Part shown: positions 18,938 through 29,600 of the stretch, piece after piece
Layout: each line of letters starts with the position of its first letter
How positions within the stretch are numbered: the stretch's first letter is position 1
NCBI GenBank assembly: GCA_046485045.1
Contig: JAWOHT010000200.1
Location: 40,213 to 104,212, forward strand
Length of the DNA stretch: 64,000 nucleotides
Direction of reading: 5' to 3'
Origin: Bacteroidales bacterium
Lineage (GTDB): Bacteria > Bacteroidota > Bacteroidia > Bacteroidales > UBA10428
Notes under the pieces: generated by a model
Database searches by the model: none
What the model was told of the DNA's origin: nothing
What the model saw: the letters and a program-made list of their open reading frames with translations, nothing else
Program-made: the position numbers and the translations under genes

Positions 18938-21712
18938 TTATTGTACGGCATAATTATATAAAAAGTTGTTGTCTCCCCCGGTAATCAGGTTAAAATGGGA
19001 AATGGTACTGCCAAGATACCCGATACTGAATTGGGTACACCCCTTAAGGGGAAATCCATTATACACTGAACCGTTGTTATTGATAAGAAAAATTAAGCAT
19101 TTTTTTTCAGAAACTAAACCAATTTTTCTGTCATTTGTTGAAAAATGATAGTAAACAGGGGAGCGCTCTATAGGTACGCCCGGATCATAGCTAAATAATT
19201 TTGTTTTATCGTGCCTGAACACTGTAAGCTTATGTTCATTGAGAAATATAAAATCTTTGTTGCCATCACCGTCTATGTCTTTTAAATCGAAGTAATGATC
19301 AGGGGTACAATGCATTAATTCCAATTTTTCAATTCTTTCATCCGTAAAAATTTTATAAACGGTGCCTGCAGTATCGGTAAATGCAATAAATGAATTCACA
19401 GGCCCTCCTGAGGTTTCAAGGTAATAATTGTTATTTAAAGACCTGGCTATTAATTCTTTAATTCCAATACGGGTATTACCCTTCCGGTCGAGAATATAGG
19501 TATTGAGTTGGTCGCCGAATACTATATAGTCGCGGTCTTTTACCCTGAAATGGTTCACCGGCTGCGTAACCTCGCTTTCTGTTCTCTCCGGCGACCATCC
19601 TTTTATAATGTTTCCTTCCTTGTCATAGGCATAAACCTGCTTATCTTCACAGGCAATTAATATCCTGTAATTTTTGTTATCGTCATAATCAAAAAGGGCC
19701 ATTCCGTTAGTAGCGCGAGATCTTAGTTTAACAGGATATCTTTCTACATAATTACCATTCCGGTCAATAAGGTGAAGATAGTTCGCGGTGCTGAACATCA
19801 TTTGCAGCTTGCCGTTCATATAATAATCAATCTGATTTATACTGCTGTTGATTTTTTCTGGAATGTTTTGTTTCCACAATATTCTTCCTACCTGATTAAT
19901 AAGGTATATGTTGTTGTTTTCATCCTGCACAAAAATTTCTGTTTGCCGGGTATTATGGTTTACAACAAACTGCGGTTTAGAACATATGGTTGTGTCTAAA
20001 AGGCTCTCCCAAACAGTTCGGGGTTTGTCATTGTACTCCGAAATACCTTTTATGAAAATACTTGTATATAAATATTGTCTTTGCGGACTTAGTTGAAAAC
20101 CAAAAACCTGAGCTTTTTGAAAAACAGGTATGTTTTCCTCCCAGGCTTTAATAACTTCGGGCAACAGAAATACAGAATAATTAAGGTAAGATTTGCTTAA
20201 GTCGCAATAGAAGGTAACGGTGGTACGCGGTGATAAATAGTTTTTAAATTCACGGTAAGAATTATCAGTCAACAGGGTACGGTTCAAAATATTCGAGTGA
20301 ATGAATTTTGAAAGCGATTCAACCGAATGGCCAAAAATAAGGTAATTATCAACAAAGGTAAAATAGTCGGTGCTACCCTGGTTAAAGAAACCTCCCAGAA
20401 ATGTTTTCAAAAAATCTGCATAGGGCATTTTATAAATGGCAAAAGACAATTCATTGTCTATTTTATAATTATAGTAATAATCTGATTTGACTTTCCTGTC
20501 CGATTCAATTACCTTATCAATAAAATTAGTGAGTTTTTTTTCTGCCTGTCCCCTGCTTTTTATATTGATTACAACATAGGTATTGGCAGCGCGTTTATTG
20601 GAATCAAATGCTTCAAAAGCCAGCGCGATTTCTTTATCTACAAGACTGTAAAAAACATTGTTGATATCAGAACTGTATTTGCTTTTAAGGTGTGTAACCT
20701 GTTTATTGTACTCATTTATCCGGCCATTGTTTATGAGCTGTTTTTTATAATCTTCGATATAAAGGTTTACATCGGACAGGTTAAAAGAAATGAATGAGGT
20801 AATGGTTGCCGGAAGAATGTTGTCAATAGTGAGTTTCGAAGGCGACTGGTTTAGAAACAAACTGCCGGTTTGCTGCACTGAATCACTTAATGCAGTAAAT
20901 CCGTTTAACAATATGGCTTCGCCCGGCAAATTCAGGTCAAGGGCAGCCCATCCTGCAAAATCATTGGCAGAAAGCAGGCGCGACCGGAATTCATTTTTAA
21001 GGTATAATCCGACAGTTTTCGGCAAATGATGATAATTAAGAAAAATATTTGCACTCACATTTTTGCCAATGGTTTTTTGCAGTTCAACAAATCCCCTATC
21101 ATTAGCAACCGATTCTTCTGCAGAAAGCTGCCTTAATGCATCCTCAACCAGCAAGGGTGAAAAACTCAGGATTAATAAACCTTTAGAAACAGAGTATGAA
21201 AAATTATTCACGAGGCCGTCGTTAAGCAGTCTTATATCAATAATTTCTGCATTTTCATATTTTCTCGATGCGATAGTTCCTGTGTTTTCAATTAGGTTTT
21301 CTATGATCTGTGTTAAACTCCTTTCATTTAGTCCCCTGGGCATTCTAAATACATAAGCAAAGCTTAGTTTACCTTTTCCGGCAACATGCATGGTTAAATA
21401 GAAAGGATTGTTGTTTATAACTTCTCTGATGATTTTTTCTGACCGGGAAAGCGAGTCAATAAAATGTATCTGCCTTTCAATTCTGGCAAGGCTTTTTATG
21501 CTTTTTGCCACTTCCCATACACTGTTTTTTCCGAGGCTCTGCACCAGTTCTCCAAAATCATTCACCTGAATGATAACGGCAGCATCAACGGGGATAGCTT
21601 TTAGCGGCTCGTCTGTTTTTTTTATCCTCCCTTTTTGAAAAACCAGAAGCAGGGCGAGAATAACCGCTGCAAATAGTGATATAATAAGAATGATATACTT
21701 TCTTTCGGCCAT
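18938..21712 (-). CDS. Membrane-anchored protein of unknown function with a C-terminal beta-propeller (DUF3352-like N-terminal region)
   Basis: 924-aa ORF with a single N-terminal TM helix (YIILIISLFAAVILALLLVF). The C-terminal ~350 aa carry repeated blade-like strands: YLINQVGRILW, LIDRNGNYVERYP, AYDKEGNIIKGWSP, ILDRKGNTRIG, and DIDGDGNKDFIF (FG-GAP-like). The DUF name is from memory only. Confidence 0.6.
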   Translation of the reverse strand: MAERKYIILIISLFAAVILALLLVFQKGRIKKTDEPLKAIPVDAAVIIQVNDFGELVQSLGKNSVWEVAKSIKSLARIERQIHFIDSLSRSEKIIREVINNNPFYLTMHVAGKGKLSFAYVFRMPRGLNERSLTQIIENLIENTGTIASRKYENAEIIDIRLLNDGLVNNFSYSVSKGLLILSFSPLLVEDALRQLSAEESVANDRGFVELQKTIGKNVSANIFLNYHHLPKTVGLYLKNEFRSRLLSANDFAGWAALDLNLPGEAILLNGFTALSDSVQQTGSLFLNQSPSKLTIDNILPATITSFISFNLSDVNLYIEDYKKQLINNGRINEYNKQVTHLKSKYSSDINNVFYSLVDKEIALAFEAFDSNKRAANTYVVINIKSRGQAEKKLTNFIDKVIESDRKVKSDYYYNYKIDNELSFAIYKMPYADFLKTFLGGFFNQGSTDYFTFVDNYLIFGHSVESLSKFIHSNILNRTLLTDNSYREFKNYLSPRTTVTFYCDLSKSYLNYSVFLLPEVIKAWEENIPVFQKAQVFGFQLSPQRQYLYTSIFIKGISEYNDKPRTVWESLLDTTICSKPQFVVNHNTRQTEIFVQDENNNIYLINQVGRILWKQNIPEKINSSINQIDYYMNGKLQMMFSTANYLHLIDRNGNYVERYPVKLRSRATNGMALFDYDDNKNYRILIACEDKQVYAYDKEGNIIKGWSPERTESEVTQPVNHFRVKDRDYIVFGDQLNTYILDRKGNTRIGIKELIARSLNNNYYLETSGGPVNSFIAFTDTAGTVYKIFTDERIEKLELMHCTPDHYFDLKDIDGDGNKDFIFLNEHKLTVFRHDKTKLFSYDPGVPIERSPVYYHFSTNDRKIGLVSEKKCLIFLINNNGSVYNGFPLKGCTQFSIGYLGSTISHFNLITGGDNNFLYNYAVQ

Positions 21713-21730
21713 TTTTTATTCACGTCAAAT

Positions 21731-21738
21731 CAAATATA
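21731..21738 (-). promoter_or_regulatory. Candidate Bacteroidetes -7 promoter box (TATATTTG) for the 924-aa operon
   Basis: The plus-strand caaatata reads TATATTTG on the minus strand, an exact match to the TAnnTTTG consensus. It lies 19 nt upstream of the ATG at 21712. No clear -33 TTG was found. Confidence 0.35.
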
Positions 21739-21947
21739 AATATTATTATCCATGAGTAAAACCAGAGTTACTAACAATTGGCAGGCTATAAAGATTAAAT
21801 CAGTTCAATATTCATATCAGACATTGTAAAGCTCCTGTGCTATTCTGTTAAAAACCGGATGATGGCAGAAAAAAAGTCCTGTTTTTGTATCTATTTCATC
21901 AACAATTGGTATTTTAACCGATTCAAAAACTGCATGAATAAGAGAAT

Positions 21948-22940
21948 ATGAAACAACTTGTAAGACAGGCAAAAATTATAGGAACCGGCTCATATTTGCC
22001 GGAAAAGATAGTTACTAATAAACATCTTGAAACACTTGTTGAAACGAACGATACCTGGATATATGAAAACCTTGGCATCAGAGAGCGCCGCATAGCTGCC
22101 GGAAACCAAGCATCGAGCGACCTCGGGGCAAAAGCCGGGAGTAAGGCCATTGAAAATGCAGGGCTAAAATCCGATGATATTGACCTGATAATAGTTGCCA
22201 CTTCAACCCCCGACAGACTGGCTCCTTCAACAGCCTGTATCGTACAGGATAAAATCAAAGCTTATAATGCAGTATGTTTCGATATAGCAGCAGTATGCTC
22301 CGGATTTCTTTACGGTATGTCGGTTGCCTGCCAGTATGTGGCCAGCGGAGTATACGACAATGTACTGGTAATCGGGGCAGATACATTTTCGCGCATCACC
22401 GATTGGGAAAGAAGAGACTGTGTGTTTTTTGGCGATGGAGCTGGAGCAGCCTTAATTTCTCATGCAGATGATTCTGAAGGGTTTCTTGCATTCAGGCTGT
22501 ATTCAGACGGCAGGGGCAAATTTAACTTTACCGTACCTGCAGGCGGATCTGAGTTGCCGGCATCTGATGAAACAGTTGAGAAAAAACTGCACTACTTCCA
22601 GATGAACGGAAAGGCAGTTTACGAAACTGCCACCAAATTATTACCTAAAGTAATAAATGAGGTTCTTGCCGACTCAAAAACTGGTATTGATGAAATAAAA
22701 TACCTGATACCCCACCAACCCGGTATAAAGATATTGAAAGATACTGCAAAAATTCTTGGGTTGCCATTTTCAAAAGTCATGACCAATATGGAGCATTATG
22801 CAAACACTTCAGCAGGTACAATTCCGATACTTCTTGATGAGGTAAACCGAAAAGGTCTCATCGGCAAAGGAGACAAAATTCTTTTTGCCGCTATCGGAAG
22901 TGGCTGGACATATGGCGCATCTGTTATTAAATGGGCTTAA
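21948..22940 (+). CDS. fabH: Beta-ketoacyl-ACP synthase III
   Basis: 330-aa ORF. The Cys-His-Asn catalytic triad context is present: AAVCSGF, PHQPG, YANTSAGT. It has typical FabH length and termini. Confidence 0.9.
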   Translation: MKQLVRQAKIIGTGSYLPEKIVTNKHLETLVETNDTWIYENLGIRERRIAAGNQASSDLGAKAGSKAIENAGLKSDDIDLIIVATSTPDRLAPSTACIVQDKIKAYNAVCFDIAAVCSGFLYGMSVACQYVASGVYDNVLVIGADTFSRITDWERRDCVFFGDGAGAALISHADDSEGFLAFRLYSDGRGKFNFTVPAGGSELPASDETVEKKLHYFQMNGKAVYETATKLLPKVINEVLADSKTGIDEIKYLIPHQPGIKILKDTAKILGLPFSKVMTNMEHYANTSAGTIPILLDEVNRKGLIGKGDKILFAAIGSGWTYGASVIKWA

Positions 22941-23055
22941 AGGACTTGATAATAGTCATACAGGGTCATGTATTTATAATAATAATTTGGATTAATGATT
23001 GTTGCATTTTTATTAAAAAAAGCGTAATTTTTCAATCCTTCTAATATCAATCAAA

Positions 23056-23736
23056 ATGATTATAATAACCGGTTCTTCGAGGGGCATCGGACAGTTCCTG
23101 ACGGATAAGTTCAGGGCAGATAATATCGCTGTATACGGCACATACCTGAATACCATACCGGAGGAAGGCAACGAATACTGTTCGAAAGTAAACATATCAG
23201 ATTTTAATGAGATTGTTGAATGGTTCTACCGCATCAAGCCCAAACTTAAAAATGTAGTTTTATTGAATTGTGCAGCAATAAACTACAATTGTTCCGCGCA
23301 TAAATCAGATCTGAACAAATGGCACGAAGTAGTGCAGGTTAATCTTATAGGTACTTTTAACATGATCAGGGCCGTCCTGCCTTTTATGCGTGAGCAAAAC
23401 TACGGAAGGATCATTAATTTTTCTTCAATACTGGCACAGCGGGGTGTGGCAGGAACCAGCGCCTATGCAGCATCAAAGGCAGCGTTATGGGGCATGTCCA
23501 GGAGTATTGCAGCTGAGAATGCAGGTAAAAATATCACCATCAATACCCTAAACCTCGGGTATTTCAATATTGGTATGATTGAGCAGGTGCCCGAAGAACT
23601 TCAAAACCAGCTTAAAAAAGAAATTCCCTCCGGTAAATTCGGAAACCCCGAAGAAATTTACAAAGCCGTAAGGTTTCTTATTGATTCACCATATATCAAT
23701 GGTACATCAATTGATATTAACGGGGGATTGTTTTAG
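23056..23736 (+). CDS. Short-chain dehydrogenase/reductase (SDR) family oxidoreductase
   Basis: 226-aa ORF with a cofactor motif TGSSRGIG, the catalytic Ser and YAASK (YxxxK), and a C-terminal INGTSIDINGG. Confidence 0.8.
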   Translation: MIIITGSSRGIGQFLTDKFRADNIAVYGTYLNTIPEEGNEYCSKVNISDFNEIVEWFYRIKPKLKNVVLLNCAAINYNCSAHKSDLNKWHEVVQVNLIGTFNMIRAVLPFMREQNYGRIINFSSILAQRGVAGTSAYAASKAALWGMSRSIAAENAGKNITINTLNLGYFNIGMIEQVPEELQNQLKKEIPSGKFGNPEEIYKAVRFLIDSPYINGTSIDINGGLF

Positions 23737-23768
23737 CCGGCAGGCATAGCACATCCTCTTGTCATATT

Positions 23769-24731
23769 TTATTTATTGTTCGAAGTCTTGGTTTCAAGAT
23801 TTGAATCGAAACTAATTCGGGCATTTTTTATGCTGGCATTTAGTTCAAAACCGATGAGCAGCGTGAGTGCATTAAAATTCATCCATAGCATAAGCGCGAC
23901 CAGTGCCCCGATTGACCCGAAAAACCTGTTGAATTGTGCAAAATGGTTTACAAAATAAGAAAAACCTACAGATGCCAGTATGGTTAAGAATGTTGCAAGA
24001 ATTGAACCTGCCGTGAAAAACCTCCAGCACGTTTTGCGCGACGGGCCAAGATAGTAGAAAAAAGAGATAGATATAAAAGTAAGTATTGTAATAATAAACC
24101 ATCTACCTGTTAAAAACAGAAAGTAGGTAAAATCAGCTTTAATAAAATCATTTTCAACTAATTTATTTATAAAAACTTTATTAAAGAACAATAGTGACAG
24201 GGCTACAGTTACGAGAATAAAGAGGATAAAGCCCAACAAGATGGCAATAACCCTGCGCTGCAACCAGGGCCGGGTTTCGATGGTGTGGTAGGTTACATTA
24301 AATGCCTCAATCATACCGTTGATGCCTTTCTGGGCAAAGAAAAATGCAACCAGAAACCCAAAAACCTGCATACCGCTACTTTTAATGAACAGCTGGTCTA
24401 TGAGGGCTTCCAGGGCAATATATGAATTGGTGGGGATGATTTCGTTAAAAATCTCGAGCATCTCGTTCCTGAAATCTTTAATAGGAAGATATGGAATGGT
24501 AGACAAAAGAAAAATCAGGGCAGGGCCAAGGGCAAGCATAAAATTAAATGCAATAGCAGAAGCCCTGATATTCAGAGACCCTTTTGTCAGTCCCCGGATA
24601 AAAAATGAAATTACATCCGGAACCGGAACACCGCCTGAACCCGGGAATGAAATATTCTCAAAATAGCTGGTTAACTTCTCTGTTTTGTTTTTAAAAAACC
24701 GGAATTTCAATTGGCTATCTTCCTGTTGCAT
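23769..24731 (-). CDS. YihY/BrkB-family inner-membrane protein
   Basis: 320-aa polytopic ORF. The N-terminal region ASAIAFNFMLALGPALIFL and the six-TM pattern are typical of the YihY family. Its start lies 1 nt after the nadC stop. Confidence 0.75.
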   Translation of the reverse strand: MQQEDSQLKFRFFKNKTEKLTSYFENISFPGSGGVPVPDVISFFIRGLTKGSLNIRASAIAFNFMLALGPALIFLLSTIPYLPIKDFRNEMLEIFNEIIPTNSYIALEALIDQLFIKSSGMQVFGFLVAFFFAQKGINGMIEAFNVTYHTIETRPWLQRRVIAILLGFILFILVTVALSLLFFNKVFINKLVENDFIKADFTYFLFLTGRWFIITILTFISISFFYYLGPSRKTCWRFFTAGSILATFLTILASVGFSYFVNHFAQFNRFFGSIGALVALMLWMNFNALTLLIGFELNASIKNARISFDSNLETKTSNNK

Positions 24732-24732
24732 A

Positions 24733-25581
24733 TTAATAGTCGCATGCTTTTAGGCTCATGTCAAGACTTTTTATCTGGTGTGTAAGCGCCCCGACAGAAA
24801 TGTAATCAACACCGCATTCGGCATAATCACGCAAATTTTCCAGTGTTATTCTGCCGGAGGATTCTGTTTCGTACCTCCCTTTAATCATCTCCAGGGCCAG
24901 GCTTGTATCATGCAAACTGAAATTATCGAGCATGATACGATGAATTTTTCCTGTTTTCAGAATTTCCCCGATATCGTCAAGTGTCCTGGCCTCAATTTCG
25001 ATTTTCAGGTCGAGCATATTGTTGGTCAAATAATCATGTACAGCTTCGATAGCTTTACCAATACCGCCTGCAAAATCTATATGGTTATCTTTGATCAATA
25101 TCATATCATAGAGGCCTGTTCTGTGATTACAGCCACCACCAGTCTTCACGGCCAGCTTTTCGATAAGCCTCAGGCCAGGGGTTGTCTTACGGGTGTCGAG
25201 TATTTTTGTTTTCAGCCCTTTAAGCTTCGATGCATAGGTATGTGCAACAGTGGCTATGCCGCTCATACGCTGCATAAAGTTCAGCACCAGCCTTTCGGCC
25301 TGAAGAATAGAGCGAACATATCCTTCAACTACAAAAGCTTCATCACCCGGAAAAATTGCAGCCCCGTCTGCAAGAAAAACCTCAACCTTTAGCGAAGGGT
25401 CAATTTTATCGAAGACTTTTAGGGCAATATCAACGCCTGCCAAAATTCCTTCGTCTTTAATTATAAGCTTTGCACTTCCTTTTGCCGCTGAAGGGATGCA
25501 TGCAAGCGATGTATGGTCACCATCACCAATATCTTCAGCAACCGCCAGATCAATAAGCTGATCAACAAGGTTATTGTGCAT
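24733..25581 (-). CDS. nadC: Nicotinate-nucleotide (quinolinate) phosphoribosyltransferase, carboxylating
   Basis: 282-aa ORF. Motifs DIGDGDHTS, ILDTRKTTPGLR, KDNHI and MLDNF are characteristic of NadC. Confidence 0.9.
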   Translation of the reverse strand: MHNNLVDQLIDLAVAEDIGDGDHTSLACIPSAAKGSAKLIIKDEGILAGVDIALKVFDKIDPSLKVEVFLADGAAIFPGDEAFVVEGYVRSILQAERLVLNFMQRMSGIATVAHTYASKLKGLKTKILDTRKTTPGLRLIEKLAVKTGGGCNHRTGLYDMILIKDNHIDFAGGIGKAIEAVHDYLTNNMLDLKIEIEARTLDDIGEILKTGKIHRIMLDNFSLHDTSLALEMIKGRYETESSGRITLENLRDYAECGVDYISVGALTHQIKSLDMSLKACDY

Positions 25582-25981
25582 TCTCTTTTTCTATTCTTAG
25601 TTGGTGAATGTAGGGTTGAGATTCTTTAATCTTAACAAGCAGGGTAACCCTGTACTCACCCTTTAGGGTACTTAAATTGCCGATAGCATACCTTGAGTCT
25701 TCCTTGCCTCCTTTATGAATGATTGAAAAGCTGTTTACCGGATTTTTTGTAAAAAAATCCTTCAGAATCAGTTCTGCTTGTTCTTTGCTGTAAATTTCCT
25801 CATTACCGTTTATGGTAAGCTCCACATTTACATTAATATATTTGGCAAGATCAGATGCATTTCCTTTTTTTATGGCCAAAATAATCCCATCTGGTATATC
25901 CTGCGGCAAAAAGCCCGCTGCGATACCCGAAAGGAAAACCCAACCAGTTAAAAATACCAGGTACAGTTTGAATTGTTTCAT
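25571..25981 (-). CDS. Secreted small protein (DUF4783-like)
   Basis: 136-aa ORF with a signal peptide. It overlaps the nadC start by 11 nt. The family name is from memory. Confidence 0.55.
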   Translation of the reverse strand: MKQFKLYLVFLTGWVFLSGIAAGFLPQDIPDGIILAIKKGNASDLAKYINVNVELTINGNEEIYSKEQAELILKDFFTKNPVNSFSIIHKGGKEDSRYAIGNLSTLKGEYRVTLLVKIKESQPYIHQLRIEKENAQ

Positions 25982-26194
25982 TTCTTTTTATTAATATTTT
26001 TCAATATAGTGAACAAAAATCAAACCAATTATTATAATTTGCAAGTTAAATATATTATTTTAACTATCGAAAATTATTTTTGGTCTGCGATTTGCTGCAA
26101 GATTTGTACCAAAGAAATTTCTGCCTGTGAAACTGACTAAATTGAATAATTAAAACCAGCCTGCAGTCCAAATCATTATAAAAAATTTATTTTT

Positions 26195-26668
26195 GTGAAA
26201 ATACAATTGATCAACACCGGAAAAACAACCGAAAAGCATGTAAAAGAAGGCGTGGAAATATATGCAACACGGTTAAAAAACTATGTTTTGTTCGAGTACA
26301 TCGACCTGCCTGAAATAAAACAGGCTAAAAACGTTACTTTCGACAAACTTAAGGAACTGGAAGGTGAGATTATCCTTAAAAAAGTTTTAAAAACCGATTA
26401 TGTGGTCGTGCTTGATGAAAAAGGACTTGAATACGGTTCAACCGAGTTTGCCGGTCATCTGCAAAAAATCATGAACCGGGGAATAAAAAATATGGCTTTT
26501 GTTACAGGAGGCCCATACGGATTCTCAAGACAGGTATACGACCGTGCAAACGATAGAATCTCTTTATCAAGAATGACCTTCCCGCACCAGCTCGTGCGCC
26601 TGATCTTTATCGAACAACTCTACAGATCATTTACAATACTCAATAATGAACCTTATCATCATATATAA
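26195..26668 (+). CDS. rlmH: 23S rRNA (pseudouridine1915-N3)-methyltransferase
   Basis: 157-aa ORF with a GTG start. It has a SPOUT-type N-terminus (MKIQLINTGKT), an FVTGGPYGFS motif and a C-terminal SLSRMTFPHQLVRLIFIEQLYRSF. Confidence 0.9.
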   Translation: MKIQLINTGKTTEKHVKEGVEIYATRLKNYVLFEYIDLPEIKQAKNVTFDKLKELEGEIILKKVLKTDYVVVLDEKGLEYGSTEFAGHLQKIMNRGIKNMAFVTGGPYGFSRQVYDRANDRISLSRMTFPHQLVRLIFIEQLYRSFTILNNEPYHHI

Positions 26669-26698
26669 TTGTTGGAATTATACTAAACCAGTGAGTGT

Positions 26699-29600
26699 AT
26701 GAACACCCCCCTGAAATACTTTATTGCTTTTTTATTGTTTTTTCTTTCGGCCACTTTTTCTGGTCATATTTTTTCGGTGATAACCTTTGGCGAAAAAAGT
26801 GTTGAAAAATTCCAGGAAACTCTCGATGAAAAATATGAATTGCTTGATAAAACAATTGATGCTCTTTTTAATTCAGGTAAAATCGGGCCTATTGATGATT
26901 TTGACAAAAAGGGAATCATCATTCTTATTTATAAGGACAACCAGCTCACCAGTTTTACGAACAATAATATTCTGTTTCCAAATTATTATGATTCGTTATA
27001 CTACGACTCAAAACTTATTTTCAACAACCATGCCTGGTATGCCTTGAAAACATATGATTATTTGCAATACAAGGCAGTTGGATGGATATTGATTAAAAAA
27101 GAGTTTTCCTATAAAAACAAATATCTGGAAAATGAATTTCAGTCATCTTTTAAAATTCCTGCCTCTGTAAGCATAAGTGAGGACAAATCCGATAATGCAT
27201 ATGAAATAAGGGGATATAACGGCGAATATCTTTTTTCGCTCGTGTTTAATAACGAACTGAAATTACCCTGGCTTTACAAAAACCTGGCCTTCATTTTTTT
27301 CTTAACAGGAATAATTCTCTTTCTGGTTTTTATTAACACATTATTAAAAAGGATATCTGACCCCGTTAAAAAAAACTATGCAATTATTGCACTGGTAATT
27401 TTTATGGCCGGGTTCAGGTTGGCACAAACCATTTTCAGGTTTCCGGCAGGCTTATATAGTAATGACCTGTTCAGCCCTGTGATTTTTGCCAATTCAGAGT
27501 TGCTGCCTTCGCTGGGCGATCTTCTGCTTAACACAGTTTGTATTTTTTATATAATAATAAAATTCGACCGCGATTTTTTTATTCATGAAAGGTTTTTTCA
27601 ATTACGAGAAAAAGGTAAAAACCATATTAACTCCCTGTTAATTTTTACTTTAATATTATTTTTCTTTTATTCAAGACATATCTTTTCCAGCCTGATTACC
27701 AATTCGAATATTTCGTTTGAAGTATACAAAATTACCAGCTTAAATATATACAGTTTTGTAGGCCTCATAATTATCGGAATGCATTTCGCCGGCCTCGTGA
27801 TGCTGATAAATAAAGCAACCATTATCGGCAAAGAAACTATTCGGATGGAACAGTTTATTTTTAATTTTTCAATTATACTTATCCTCGCGGTACTGTTTTT
27901 GTACTTTGCAGGCGAGACAATTGACCCATACTCTGTATTGTTTTTTTTCCTGCTTTTTTTAATGCTGGTAATTATCAGGTTTAAGGCAAATACTGTTTAC
28001 GGGTATGGCATTTTGGTTTTAGTGGTACTGGTTTCCTCTGTATATATTGTTTATTTTATTTCCGCTACCACGATTAAAAAAGACAGGCAAAACATGAAAA
28101 TACTTGTAGAAAACCTGGCAAATGAACATGACCCGATTGCTGAACTTCTTTTTGAAGAAATGTCTGAAGAACTCAACAGCGACAGTACCCTGGCTGATAT
28201 GTTATTTGATATGGAAGTAAGTTACACAGAATTACGCAGCTATTTAAAAAATAATTACTTTAAAGGATTCTGGGGAAAATATGATTTCAGGTTTTACGAT
28301 TGCCGACCGATAGACAGTGTGGTTTTTAAAATACCTGACGAATACAGTTTCCACTGTTACAATTATTTCGGCCAATACATTGGCGAAAAGGGAATGATAC
28401 TGCCAAATTCAAAGTTTTATTTTATTGACAATACAAACGGGCGCATCAATTACCTGGGAATAATCACGTACTTTAAGGAAGGACAGGAATTTCCGGAGAT
28501 ATCATTATTTTTGGAACTTGAATCCACCCTTGTTTCTGAAGAGTTTGGTTACCCTGAATTGCTCCTTGACAGCAGGCTGGATGTTGACTCTTATCTCGGC
28601 GAATATGCTTATGCCAAGTATTATCAAAACAACCTTATTACGCAATCGGGCGAATTTCATTACAGCCTGGCGCGCGATATTTACGGTGAACAGGAGAAAG
28701 AATATAGTTTTATCAGGTTTGATAATTATGATCATTTAATCTATAATGTAAATGATATAAACGCGATTATTTTAAGTAAACCTACCATTAATATATTAAA
28801 CAGCCTGATATCATTTTCCTACATTTTTGTTTTTTATTATGTATGTCTGCTCATAGTTTTTGCAATTTCAAAAGTTGCAACCCACGGAAGAAAGATTCAA
28901 CTGAACTTTAAAAACAAAATTCAGTTTGCCGTATTCTCAATTTTATTGCTGTCGCTTGTGCTTATCGGAGGCGGCACCATATACTTCAGCCTTGAACAAT
29001 ACCAGAAAAAGAATTTCAATAACATTACCGAAAAGATACAGTCGGTGTATATCGAACTCGACCACAAACTGGCTTACGAAAACAAACTTGACGGCAGCTG
29101 GTCATCAGAAAGTTATAGTAACCTTGACCAGCTCCTTCAGAAATTTGCCGATGTCTTTTACACCGACATAAATCTTTACGATCAGTCGGGAGATTTAATA
29201 GCTACCTCGAGGCCCGAAATTTTTGACCGCGGGCTCACCGGCACAAAAATGAACCCGCTGGCACTGAACAGCCTTATGATTGAAAAGAAAGCAGAATTCG
29301 TGCACAGGGAAAATATTGGTAAACTGCATTATTTGTCGGCCTATGTTCCGTATATCAATGCGAATAATAATTTACTTGCCTACCTTAACCTGCCCTATTT
29401 CACCAGGGAGGCGGAACTAAGGCAGGAAATCACCAATCTGGCTGTAGCAATAGTGAATATATATTCATTATTAATTTTACTTACCATTGCTGTTGCTGTC
29501 TTTATTTCAGATACCATTACAAAGCCTTTAAGGTTGTTGCAGGAGAAATTCAGCCAGGTGAAACTGCTAAAAGACCATGAACTAATTGAATACTCGGGTA

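Noticed and set aside
24778-25392. A 204-aa plus-strand ORF.
   Set aside because: It is antisense to nadC, whose motifs are unambiguous, so it is a shadow ORF.
26188-26195. An exact TAnnTTTG box (TATTTTTG) upstream of rlmH.
   Set aside because: Its last base is the first base of the GTG start codon. A transcript starting downstream of the box would lose the conserved MKI...GK N-terminus. The match is probably coincidental in AT-rich DNA.
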